A stretch of DNA of 63,489 nt, filler included, from Reclinomonas americana ATCC 50394 (Eukaryota), in NCBI GenBank assembly GCA_048213135.1. It is 8 parts of 8 records of this genome, joined end to end, with 100 filler letters (N's around TTAATTAATTAA, not from the genome) between each part and the next. Parts side by side here need not be neighbours in the genome. Positions count along the whole stretch, not along the records: positions 32,378 to 57,294 come from AFZH01019022.1; positions 57,395 to 62,304 come from AFZH01019023.1; positions 62,405 to 63,489 come from AFZH01019034.1; 5 more parts are not named here. One strand, 5' to 3'. The position numbers and the translations under genes were made by a program. Positions 53,401 to 63,489 of the stretch are shown one piece after another; within the stretch, counting starts at the first letter, position 1; each line of letters starts with the position of its first letter. The notes beneath the pieces were generated by a model. That model was given only the letters and a program-made list of their open reading frames with translations. It made no database searches and had not been told where the DNA came from.

Positions 53401-56400
53401 ACCATCAGTATATCCTGGTGACGACGACTGACCGGCCACTGTAGTGACTGCCATGGTGACCAGCACAATCTTGCGCACAATGTGGTTGCCGGTGTCGGCG
53501 ACATAGAGCACTTTCTGATTCGAGTCCAGAGCGAGGCCGATCGGCGAGCGAAATGAGGCACCGGTGCTTACGGCGTCTGTGTTGCCCGGAACACCGACCG
53601 AACCGGCGACGGTGGCCACCAGTCCTCGGAAAGACACACGACTGACAAAAACAAACAAACAGGAGCAGCAGCAATCAGCGTGTGTTAATTCACGCCAAGA
53701 GAGACCTGCATGCGCGAACGCCAGCAACTAACCGCACAGTATGTAAAGAGTCGGTGATAAACAGGCACTCACGATCGGCGAGCGAATCCACAGCGATTCC
53801 ACGTGGCTGCGTGAATCTCGCGTCGCTGCGAATGCCGTCATCGTGACCAGCTGCGCCGACAATAGAGCCCGCCAGGGTCGACAGCACACCAGCGGATAAC
53901 TTGCGAATGGCATTGTTTCCGCTCTGTGCCCACAATTGAGAGGCGCGCACGTGTGGCATGCAGACGAGAGACAGACAACTGCTACATACATCAACAATGA
54001 AAACATCTCCTGTCCCGCGGTCGATCCCAACAGAAGTCGGACTGGGTGGGAGACCCAAAGCCAGCCCTGTCATTACATCGTTGCTTCGCATGCACTGAGT
54101 GAACCACAGACCTGGATAACAGAGCGCCGGTCGGCGCGCCTTCGACAAAGCCGGCGACGCCAATCTGACCGACGAGAATCGTCTGGACTCCGATGACCGA
54201 CACAGAACGAACAACGTGGTCCCTGAGAGGCGAGCATAGAGGCCCGTGAGATGAAAGCAAAACAATGCACACACGCACACACAAAAAAGGACTCCAGCTA
54301 GCTTCACGTGAAAAGTGCGTGCAAATCAACTCGCAAATCACCTCGCATCGGCCACAAGGACGTTACCGCTGCCGTCCACAGTCAAGCCCTGCACCGAGTA
54401 CCGAGAGGTTGACTGACACACACAGTCTCAAAGCCAGTCGAGATGAAGCTACCACCAACCATAAAGCCGACTACTGCAGCGGGATCCGGCGAAGTTGGCG
54501 GAGCTCGCGTAACAGTCTTCAAGGTCGACACCAGTGGAGCATCGCCAAATACATCTGGCGACCTGGCCACCTGCACTGTGCCCTGAACAGAGGACCCGTT
54601 TCGAGGATTCACAAGCGCGCTGAAGGCAGCGGCCGTTAGCGCGCGAGTCAGCGAGTTTGACGACAGCGAGACCGTGGGTGTGGTCCAGGTGGGTGCTGAT
54701 GGGGCAGGTTGCAGTTCAAGCGAGTACCACGTTTTCACAGCACGAAAGAATACCTGCGGAGGTGGTGATGGAAACCACGGTGCCGGAGAGTACGAGTGTC
54801 GATGCTGCCGCACGCACAAAGTATGTCGTCGCCGGCATCAACTGCGAAACCGTCGCGGAAAATGTCACCAGTTGTGAGTTGCCTGCTGCTGTGGACGGAG
54901 AGGCAGCGACCGTGGTTGCTGGCAGTACGACCTGCCGGAGTAGCACATTTCCCGTGTCTGACGCAGCAGCAAGTCAGTCTCTCCGACGACCAAACGAGGC
55001 ATGACAGAGAGGGGCAAACGCGCCAGCAACAAGCAGTCGTCCACGCTTCAAGTCAAATGCAAGCCCACGCTGGCGATTACATGATGAGGGACTGCGTGAG
55101 GGAAGGGAGCGTAAGAACAGCACTGCCCGCACCGGAGACGACAGCCGCGAATCGCTGGCGGATCCGTCTGTCAACCCACTTGTACCAGGCACGCCGGCGA
55201 CAACATCAAGAGAGCCGTCCACTAAAGACAGGCGTCGAACAACATGATTTGGCGTCTGATAACGAATGCAGTGAGTTGGGCAATCGCCGCGAGCAGATTG
55301 GAGGCCTCACGCTTCGCAACATCAGCAATAAACAGCATTTGGCCTGCAACATCGAGAGCAACCGTCGCGACGGCGGACAGCACAGCTGTGGTCGATGGCA
55401 GTGTCGACACTGTCAGCGTCGCAAGGTCGACAAGGCGGATGGTGTGGTTGCCGGCATCGGCGACATACAGCAGGCCGCGATTCGGATCGACGATCACATC
55501 TGCGGGCGAGCTGAACCTGGCCGAGCGTGCGACAGCGTCGATGAAGCCCTGCTGGCCGGGGGAGCCAACAAGCGTGGCGGTGATGCCTCTATACGAGACT
55601 CGCCTGTACGCGCACACAGAATGGGCAAGAGAGATAGGGAAAGGGAGAGAGAGAGAGAGGAAGGAGAGAAGAGAAGGAGAGAGGCAAGCGAGGAGAGACA
55701 CAAGACAGCATAGAGGGAGGAGAGACACACACAGAGAAAGAGAAGCAGAGAGAGAGAGAGAGAGGGTGGAGAGAGAGACACGCCCACACATACACATACA
55801 CGCTATCTCTCTCTTCAACGCAAGCAAGTTGCAATCGTGTTGCAACATAAAGCACTCACCGAATGGTGTGATTCAGCGTGTCGGCCACGTACACACACTC
55901 GTGATTCGTATTGGGATCCGCGGCAAGACCCTGCGGACCGCCAAACTGCGCGGTAACAGTGGTCCCGCGTGGTCGGTCAGCAGTTCCCTGGCTGCCGTTG
56001 CCGGCCAACGTGGACACAGCGGAACCGACAATCGAGCGAACAGCATGGTTGGATTCCTGCAAGTGTGTGCGCGCAGTGAGACGAGGTTGTGCAACGGGGC
56101 AGCGCAATCGCACACAACTTCGGAGACGTAGATGACTTGCGTGTACGGGTCAATGAAAATGTCGGTGGGGCTGAGGAAAGAAGGTCAACAAATACCGTTG
56201 ACGCAAAAGAGCACCGCAAGAGGAAACTCACTGCGAAAAGCGCGCACTGCTGGTGCCGTTGGCAAAGCCCGGCGTTGCGACAACGCCAGCCAAGACACTC
56301 ACGGTGCCAGTGGCAGTCACTTTGCGAATGACATGCGTACTGCACGGTGATATGGAAGAGTGAGTTGCGACACAAACACAGCCGGCTCATGAAAAACAAC

Positions 56401-57394
56401 ATACGCACTCGTACTCTGCGACAAATACATTGCCGGTGGCGTCCACCGCAACACCCTGCATGAAAACAAAGTGGCCGAGCGTGAGCGATCTCACATCAAT
56501 ACGAGGCGGTGCGGTGCCTCTGTCCCACAAAAGCACACACCCGCGGGGAGGAGAACGTGGCCTGCAGAGTGGAGACCGAAATCACTCCGTCGATGGCACT
56601 GGACACGCCAGAGATTTGGAAACTGAGACCGCTCACCGCGGTGCCGGCACTCGAGAGGACAGAGCCCTGCAGCGTGATGGTGGTGCTCGTCGTCGCAGAG
56701 GGAGCGAGGGTGGTGATGGTGATGCCCGTAGGATCACCTGCAACACATTGTAAGAACCCCAGCCAAGATTCTCTCCCTGTCTTTGCCAACGAAACTTTGC
56801 GTGTGCACGACTGGTCGGCGACTCGAGCATGGCACCGACAGCAGCACCACCTTCTCGACGGAGAGCGGCAGACCCGACCTCATCGACATCATCGGCCGCG
56901 CATCGTGATGGCCGGTGTCGCTGCTGTCATCCATCTCCGTCGCGCGAACACGCACGTGTTGCAAACACGACATGTCGTACTCGTCCACTCCCACTGCTGC
57001 TGAGGCGGCGAGCGGCGGCGGGGGCGTCGGCGTCCACCACAACTCGCAACCATTGGCGATGCGCAGGGAGGCAGTCGGCACCTCGGAGACAAGTGAAAAC
57101 GAGTGTCGTTGGTAGCGATTGGCGTCGACAGCGAGGAGTGTGCCAAGGAGGACACCGAGTCCGTGTGAGGAGGGAGGAGGAGGGAGGAGAGGGGGTGAAG
57201 TTGTCGTCGGGAGGAAGTCAATATCCGATGGCGCGACATTGGCTGTGGCGGTGCATGCGGTGAGAAGAAGAAGAAGAAGAGGAGGAGGAGGAGGNNNNNN
57301 NNNNNNNNNNNNNNNNNNNNNNNNNNNNNNNNNNNNNNTTAATTAATTAANNNNNNNNNNNNNNNNNNNNNNNNNNNNNNNNNNNNNNNNNNNN

Positions 57395-57450
<56 letters not shown>

Positions 57451-58191
57451 AGAGAGAATGCGTGATTGCAAACCTTCGGCGATCAAGAACGAGGCCTGGA
57501 TGCGAATGCGCTCCATCCGAGGACCGGCCAGTGGCACCGCAGACGCACGGGCGCCGTTGCTGTCGCTGTCGACTGGCAGCATTCTCACGGCACAACTCAC
57601 AGTGACAATCAACGGCGACCCCAGCACTCCACTCTCGCTCATGACGAGCTCATGGCCGTGAACGCCTCTGCGCACGGCGAAAAGGTGCGAATCCCTGCCG
57701 CCGCCCTCCTCGTCATCCAAGGTGGCACAGTCGTCGATGATCACCGCGAGCAAAGCAGATCCCAGATGGTCTGCGTCGACTCGCAGTTCTCCAATCACTT
57801 CACCGCGTGTTGATGGTGGTGTGTATGCAGGCGATGTGGGCATTAGCAGGAGGTGGGCTGTGCGAAAGTGACAAGCATCAGAACAACATTGCACTGCACA
57901 ATTGATCAATGCAGTGATCTGTGCATGACGGTGGTGTCGAGGGTGCGACGCGGCACCGTCAAACAGTATGCGCGAGGATGGTGCACATGCAGCAGATGCA
58001 GGAGGCTCGAGAAACGGAGAGGAAGAAACGTAGATGAACCGAACACGCACAATGACAAATACACGCTTGCGCTGCTGGCACGTACTAGAACACATCTCAC
58101 CTTTGCGCTGTTCAAGCAGTGGTTCCGAGGCAACACATAGTGTGCACAAGCAGCATGCCACCACGAGCATCAGCAAGAGCGCAGTGCGCAT
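32498..58191 (-). CDS. Giant polycystin-1/REJ-like membrane receptor: signal peptide, cadherin-like domains, 6 NHL-in-FN3 modules, EGF-like domain, 7 Cys-containing repeats, FN3, REJ, GAIN/GPS, TM region and cytoplasmic tail; dozens of introns; spans the gap at 57295-57394
   Basis: Signal peptide MRTALLLMLVVACCLCTLCVAS at 58191. NHL motifs (STLAG..G..DG....ARF..P.G.A.D....YVAD.GNH.IR) throughout 45700-56500. REJ motif PTAGTLAITPLSGVARITAFTFTMTDFVDKDQP, GPS motif and PKD1-like TM helices follow. Linkage of the 3'-most exons (32498-34500) is the least certain part. Confidence 0.75.
34600..37110 (-). other. PKD1-like transmembrane region of the giant receptor
   Basis: Post-GPS helix FSIVI-VIQVIYLIQLYIGYKMD, then WSALARKYGVTIFRK, VLWFAVCLALYTNAVF and REMLIGIISG-VIMAPVVWVVSQIFMRTPR. 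These resemble PKD1/PKD1L TM2-TM3. Confidence 0.6.
35270..35830. repeat. Intronic degenerate ~100-bp tandem repeat
   Basis: The core cgtgactgcatacagcgc...tgaagagtcctggta recurs near 35272, 35370 and 35472, with more decayed copies near 35670 and 35790. Confidence 0.7.
37190..37405 (-). other. GPS autoproteolysis motif
   Basis: Spliced sequence LCVFWNETRQQWISDGCKT-FVRVTRGTHDVQSFVCRCNHMTDFSV fits the C-x2-W...W...GC...C-x-C-x-H-(L/M)-T-x-F consensus. Confidence 0.88.
38561..39020. repeat. Intronic 4-copy degenerate repeat (~110-135 bp period)
   Basis: ctcgccacc...cagcaatcggYgagtgtgctttgagaa...caagtgagaggtgtgtctac starts near 38561, 38694, 38803 and 38939, separated by CT-rich spacers. Confidence 0.8.
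39400..41520 (-). other. REJ domain of the giant receptor
   Basis: VVFTWTCSFGGTPC, YSFGCTVTRGTR..ATADVTV, TSFSWRAY, IKEGVFEGNKKYVFELL, PTAGTLAITPLSG..ITAFTFTMTDFVD, LQVGVTVRDVYGAS. Confidence 0.75.
42185..45210 (-). repeat. Seven ~100-120-aa Cys-containing beta-rich protein repeats
   Basis: Each unit has P.......TL.G.GL....VR.V.F....C....(G/D).(Y/W).VCV(D/E). The C-terminal motifs read GQWSVCVD, YK-ICVE, GVFCVCVK, GRWTVCVE, DTYAVCVD, GLYSLCFD and SWYAVCVD. Confidence 0.7.
45280..45470 (-). other. EGF-like domain
   Basis: CSSTAYGSICT-ACPCQNGGICNSGVAGDGSCTCPPLFKFTNIC. Confidence 0.7.
45475..56737 (-). repeat. Six tandem modules, each an NHL repeat cluster flanked by the two halves of an FN3-like domain
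   Basis: Approximate module spans are 56737-54757, 54710-52815, 52740-51015, 50958-49155, 49105-47290 and 47240-45475. Each starts T..AT.V...SA.L.G.V and ends SA.V..L.P.TTY.YR....FTT. Confidence 0.75.
56790..57920 (-). other. Two degenerate cadherin-like domains
   Basis: ANVAPSDIDFL...GVLLGTLLAVDANRYQRHSFSLV...LRIANGCEL...DEYD...VRVRATE...GLPLSVEKVVLLSV fits the bacterial-type cadherin pattern. The upstream exon GEVIGELRVD...DSHLFAV..ELV is a weaker copy. Confidence 0.55.
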
Positions 58192-58599
58192 GAGGCCTGT
58201 GTGTGTGTGTGTGTGTGTGCTCCAACTGGTGAAAAGCGATTGTCCTTTGACTGCAAATCGAACACGCAGCCCGAGTGTGCTTTGTTTTTGTCTGTTGCTG
58301 ATGGAGGCACTGGCTTGTTGGTGGACGACGATGTCCTTGTTGCGATGGTTTCGTCGCACTCTCTGTGCCCTGCGAACTGCGCTTTCTGTTGTTGGTTCCT
58401 TGCAATTGGGAGAAAAATATATATAGAGAGACGGAGAAAGAAATAGAGAGAGGGAGAGGGAGAGGGAGAGGGGAAGTGGGAGGGAGGGAGGGAGAGGGAG
58501 TACGCCAGGCGAAGAATGCACATGATAACTGTCCTGTGTCGTGTGTCATGTGTCTCCACCAAAGCTGTGACATCAATCTCATTCTCTCTCGCTCTCTCT

Positions 58600-58770
58600 C
58601 TCTCTCTTTCGTAGTCTCTCTCTCGCCCGTCTCTCCCGACAGCCTGCACGTGATAAGTGGTAGTGATGATTGCACGTTGCGTGTGTGTGGCTCGCCAGTG
58701 GGGATATCGATGACATGTGACAGTGTAAGGGGCTTCAAAACCACACCTGTGTCAACGGAGTCACATTGAT
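58600..58770 (+). pseudogene. Decayed WD40 repeat relic upstream of the intact WD40 gene
   Basis: Translates to VSPDSLHVISGSDDCTLRVCG and then loses the pattern (gtaaggggcttcaaaaccacac resembles an 'EVRRLEGH' remnant). Confidence 0.5.
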
Positions 58771-59014
58771 CCTGATGTGTGGGGTGGCTGGCTGCCTCAG
58801 CGAGGGATGGAGGACGTCTCAGAGCATGGCGGGACGCAGGAAGGCACAACGATGACAATTCCGAGCGAGCAATTCACACGCACACGATACAAAGAGAACA
58901 GACTCTTCGTGACCACCACAGGAGAGTACCGACCAGGCGGCTTGCTCTCCGAAGAGAGAAAGTCAACAGAAGCGAGCCAATCAAGAGAGAGGGCACAAGA
59001 GTCCTCTTTATCCA

Positions 59015-59082
59015 ATGGCAGCCAAGGTGCGCTCACACTTGCGTGCGTGTGAGAGGGATTCATGTTGGTGGCTGCTGCCCTT

Positions 59083-59130
<48 letters not shown>

Positions 59131-60204
59131 TGCCCATCTCACTGTGAATGGTCGAAACAGGTCTTGCAGGGTCATACACGGACGGTAAAATCTGTCACAC
59201 TCACTCCCGACGGCCTCCATGTCGTGAGCGGGAGCAACGATGAGACGGCGCGAGTGTGGTCGCTGACGAGTGGCGAAGAAGTGCGACGATTAGAGGGTCA
59301 CGCTGGAAGGGTGCAATCAGTCGCCGTCTCTCCCGATGGTCAGCTTGTTGTGAGTGGCAGCTTCGACAGAACAGTGCGGGTGTGGTGTCTGACGAGCGGC
59401 GCGGAAGTACGACGGTTGGAGGGACACACTGGCGTGGTTTACTCCGTTGTTGTCGCCCCTGATGGTCAGCACATTGTGAGTGGCGGCTTGGACAAGACCA
59501 TCCGCGTGTGGTCCCTGGCGAGTGGAGAAGAAGTGCGACGGTTGGAGGGACACGCTGACTGGGTGCTCTCCGTTGCGGTCACTCCCGACTGCCAACATAT
59601 CGTGAGCGGGAGTGAGGACTCCACGATACGAATGTGGTCACTGGCGAGTGGAGAAGAGGTGCAGAGGTTGGAGGGACACAATGGAAGAGTGTACTCTGTC
59701 GCCGTCACTCTCGATGGTGAGCGCGTTGTGAGCGGAGGTCGTGACATGACAGTGCGCGTGTGGTCTGTCGCGAGTGGGGAAGAAGTGCGGCGGTTTGAGG
59801 GACACACTGACGCGGTGGTATCCGTCGCCGTCGCCCTCAACGGCGAGCTAATTGTGAGCGGGAGTTATGACAAGGTTGTGCGTGTGTGGTCACTGGCGAG
59901 TGGGCACGAGGTGCGACAGTTCAAGGGACACACTGGTGTCGTGTGGTCGGTTGCGGTCACTCCCGATGGGCAGCGCATCGTGAGTGGGAGCAACGACGAG
60001 ACGATTCGAGTGTGGTCCACGCTGCGTGGGCTGGCCCAGCAGGAGCTTGCGGCCGCACGACTTGCCGTACTGGCTGTCAACGAGCTGCTTGCCGAAGAAG
60101 GTGACCGCGATTGGATCCTGGTCGATGTCGTGTTGCGGTGTTTTGTGCTGGAGGACGCAGAGGTGCTTGGGTGGCAGGCGCAGGGGTGGGGGGCTGCTGT
60201 GTAA
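59015..60204 (+). CDS. WD40 protein with 7 highly similar 42-aa repeats and a short C-terminal tail
   Basis: Exon 1 MAAK (59015-59026), intron GTGCGC..CAG (59027-59160), then an uninterrupted exon with seven xLEGHxxxVxSVAVxPDGxxIVSGSxDxTxRVWSLASGEEVR units. Confidence 0.88.
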
Positions 60205-60467
60205 CGTGTTGCGTGTAGTACCTTTTTCGCTCAGTTTCCGAACGTCCAACAACTTTAAGTTCGCTCGTATTTCTCAATCCGTCCAAAGGAAGATATCGTG
60301 CTACTGAAGGAAGTAAGAGTGCTTGAATTCTTTTGGGGTACTTAGGCTGCAAAGCGAACCTGGCATTTGTGTTCCTCCTCCCCATTACACCACAGTGAGG
60401 CTCTTCCATTTCTCATCGCTGTACAAGCAAGCACTCAATGCCCTTCCCCCTCTCCTCTTCCTCCTCC

Positions 60468-62090
60468 TCACGCCGTCACCGCAAACGAGTTCGACGTGCC
60501 GCTAATCGCCGAAATCTTGCCATCCAGCTCCTTCGAGTGGCCAAAGTAGCGAATGCGGTACGTGCCCACCGGCGTCTCCGGCTCAATGTCCCAGTCGATG
60601 GTAATCAGCGAGGCCGCAACATCTGCATGCTCCGCCACGTCAGCTCACTCCACAACCGGTGAGTGACCCGACCATACAACGCAACATTTCTGCTGCCAGT
60701 GGAACCACGTCGACGTGTGCGAGTCCGTGCGCACAACCTGCCAGCCGGTGCCCGTCTGCTGCTCCACCGTGAGGTAGGTCGACTCTGCACACAAGTTGGC
60801 GAGCGCAGTCAGCAAATGGCGAGAAAAGAGAGAAAGGAGGAGAGGTGACGAAGGGGGAGGAGGGCATGGAGGAAAGGGAGAGTGGGAGAGAGAGGAACGG
60901 AGAGAGAGACAGAGAGAGAGAGAGAAAGAGAGAGAGGAACGGAGAGGTGAAGGAGAAAGGAGACAGGTGGAAGAGAGCAGGAGGAGAAGAGAGAAGGGTG
61001 CGGGGAATTGGAGGACAGAGAGAGCGAGGGAGAGGGAGAGAGAGATGAAAAGGAAGGGGCAAGGGGGAAGATAGGGGGAGAAAGAGGGAGGGAGGGATGG
61101 AGGGAGGAGGAGAGAAAGAAACAGGTGGTAGAGGGCAGGGGAGAAGGGTGCGGGGAATTGGAGACGAAGAGGGAGAGAGAGAGATGAAGAAGAGGGCACG
61201 AGGGAGAAGAGAGAAGGTTGGGACGAAGAGGGAGGGAGACTGCATCGTCCAGCGCAGCAACAACGCAACGAGTCATCAGATTGTTCCGCGGGTTGGCGCC
61301 CCAGAAAATAGCCGTCGCACGCTTGCCACGCGCGTAGCTGGCAGCGGGCTGCTGGTGCACGTCGCCAAAGTGGCCACCAAGTGGCGGCTCGTCGAACAGC
61401 ACCGGCGGGATGAACGAAATCTGTCGTCACGTCGTGCCACGTTAAGTGACACGAGTGGAGCATGTCAAATAATACGCCCACAGTGCACTCACCGTCGTAT
61501 TGCGCAGGTCCGGTGGGAATGGTCCAGGCAGACTCGGACGGCCAACAGACATGTCGGTGGCCAGGCGGTAGGTTTCCTGTGAAAAATGACAATTAGAAAT
61601 CACGCTCCATAAGGCTCCGCCCTCCGCGCTCCACATCGCTCACCTGCTGCAAGCCAGCCAGCTCGTGCGGTCCAAAGAGCGTACTGGCCGCCTCATACCG
61701 CTGCCCTCCGTACCTGGAAAGCAGCGCACATCAGACTGTCAATTCTAGTTTCCACAAGCATTCCCATCATGCTCTGCCGACGAAACTCCTCGCGGGTGGT
61801 AATGTACTGCGCGTACGTGTTGGCCAAACCAGTGACCAGCGGCAGCACCTTGAACCGCGAGTTGGTGTCACTGAAGGCCTGCACAATCGTGTTCCGCAAT
61901 CGGCGACCGCTCATGGTTGTCGGCTCGCCTGTGTTACTGCCGTCAGACGAACGCAGCAGAGGAGAGCACGGGTGACGGCTACGCACCTGGGTATGCGGCA
62001 TTGACAACGCGGCCGATACGAATAACCTGCAGCGGGAGAATCCACGGAGCCCACGGCATCGGATAGAGTCTGCAAGAGTGCGACATGAGG
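60468..62090 (-). CDS. ASAH2: Neutral/alkaline ceramidase, C-terminal part
   Basis: PWAPWILPLQVIRIG; GEPTTMSGRRLR; GLANTYAQYITTREE-YGGQRYEAASTLFGP; ANPRNNLMT-QSTYLTVE; IDWDIEPETPVGTYRIRYFG. Stop at 60468-60470. Confidence 0.92.
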
Positions 62091-62144
62091 GAGACATGCG
62101 GAATTGCACCCAGGCCGGTAAGAACCAAGAGAGAGACACACACA

Positions 62145-62304
<160 letters not shown>

Positions 62305-62404
62305 NNNNNNNNNNNNNNNNNNNNNNNNNNNNNNNNNNNNNNNNNNNNTTAATTAATTAANNNNNNNNNNNNNNNNNNNNNNNNNNNNNNNNNNNNNNNN
62401 NNNN

Positions 62405-62647
<243 letters not shown>

Positions 62648-62669
62648 AAAAGCAACACAACGCCGGCGC

Positions 62670-63282
62670 GAACCTGCTGGAACGAGCCCCGGAATAGCAC
62701 ATCGGCCGGTGGTGCGAAAATGGAGTTCAGGTCTCGACGATTGGCACCTGCTTGGAGGAAAAATGGTGAGGATTCTCTCCCTGTTCCCTCCCTTTTGCAC
62801 AAACGCGCTTACCGTCCGACGACGCTGCCACTGCCGCCATTTCCTCGTCGCGTCCACGCTTGCCGTTCCACTTGGCATTGCCTGCATCGTCTTGTCTTGT
62901 CAACACTTGCTCTGTCTCTCTCTCTCTCTTTTCTTCCCTTCCTTCCTCACGCAACGGACATGGGTGGCTGGTGGCGGTGAGACGCCAGGCCGCACGAGTG
63001 GATGATGCGCCATGCCACCAAAGTGATACGGTCCCACATGAGGTGGCAAGGGATCGACGAGTCGCGATACGCGCTGCGGAGGCACCGATGGTGGTGGCGG
63101 TGGTGGAATCATGTCGTCCGAGTCGCGAGAGTCACTGCTGCCTCTGTGTGTATGTATGCGTGTATGTGTGTGTAAGACAGACAGAGAGAGAGGCGGAGGA
63201 AGGAAAGGAGGGAAGGAAGGACGCGGATCGCAACTGTGCGAGAGCGAGATCAATGGCACGATTCACGTCACCGTTGCAAGCC
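62670..63282 (-). CDS. UBXN7/PUX7-like protein fragment (end of the UBA-like domain to the start of the UAS domain)
   Basis: ACNGDVNRAIDLALAQ (UBA-like), PPQRVSRLVDP and RDLNSIFAPPADVLFRGSFQQ (matches the L..LF.PP..L.F.GSF motif preceding the UAS domain). Confidence 0.65.
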
Positions 63283-63489
63283 TGTGGGATGAGAGGGAGA
63301 GTGAGAGGGAGTAAGAAGACAGACTCTCTCTCTCTCTCTCTCTCTGTAGTTGCTGTGACGTACACACAATCACGATGGCGCGAACTGAATGAGAGATGCG
63401 ATCGGCAATCATCCGCACCTCTGTCTCACACATTCTCTCTCTCTCTTGCTCTCTCTCTCTCTCTGTCTGTCTCTCTCTCTCTCTCTCTC

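Noticed and set aside
45475..56737. Fragmented NHL ORFs as a pseudogene, bacterial contaminant or alternative genetic code
   Set aside because: The breaks I checked are explained by short GT(GC)-AG introns that restore the motifs in frame.
60820..61240. GA-rich block with a duplicated gagaagggtgcggggaattggag
   Set aside because: A low-complexity expanded intron of the ceramidase gene; no terminal repeats or coding signal to support a mobile element.

Overview
Eukaryotic DNA, probably from a protist: GC-rich, gene-dense and intron-rich. It consists of eight contigs joined by seven artificial 100-nt N/TTAATTAATTAA spacers. At least two spacers look like true scaffold gaps, because a TDP2-like gene and the giant receptor gene continue across them. 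Manual splicing (GT-AG introns mostly about 60-100 nt, CTCAC/CTGAC branch sites) recovers about 17 genes: a myristoylated dual-LRR protein, striatin-like, symplekin, a HugZ/GluBP-like split-barrel protein, an LRR protein with a Lys-rich tail, TDP2-like, a signal-anchored Ala/Pro/Lys-repeat TPR protein, anoctamin, VPS54, a TUT1/Star-PAP-like RRM protein, ArfGAP-PH, a 7-repeat WD40 protein, neutral ceramidase, UBXN7-like and a few unknowns. Two things stand out. (1) A ~25.7 kb minus-strand gene encodes a polycystin-1-like REJ-GAIN/GPS-TM receptor. Its ectodomain has cadherin-like domains, six modules in which an NHL beta-propeller appears inserted inside an FN3-like domain, an EGF-like domain and seven unassigned Cys-containing repeats. 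(2) An atypical 5' splice site, GTTGCG (the usual GTGCG with one extra T), recurs at more than 20 frame-consistent introns in unrelated genes. All gene models are hand-spliced, family calls come from recalled motifs, and coordinates are approximate.
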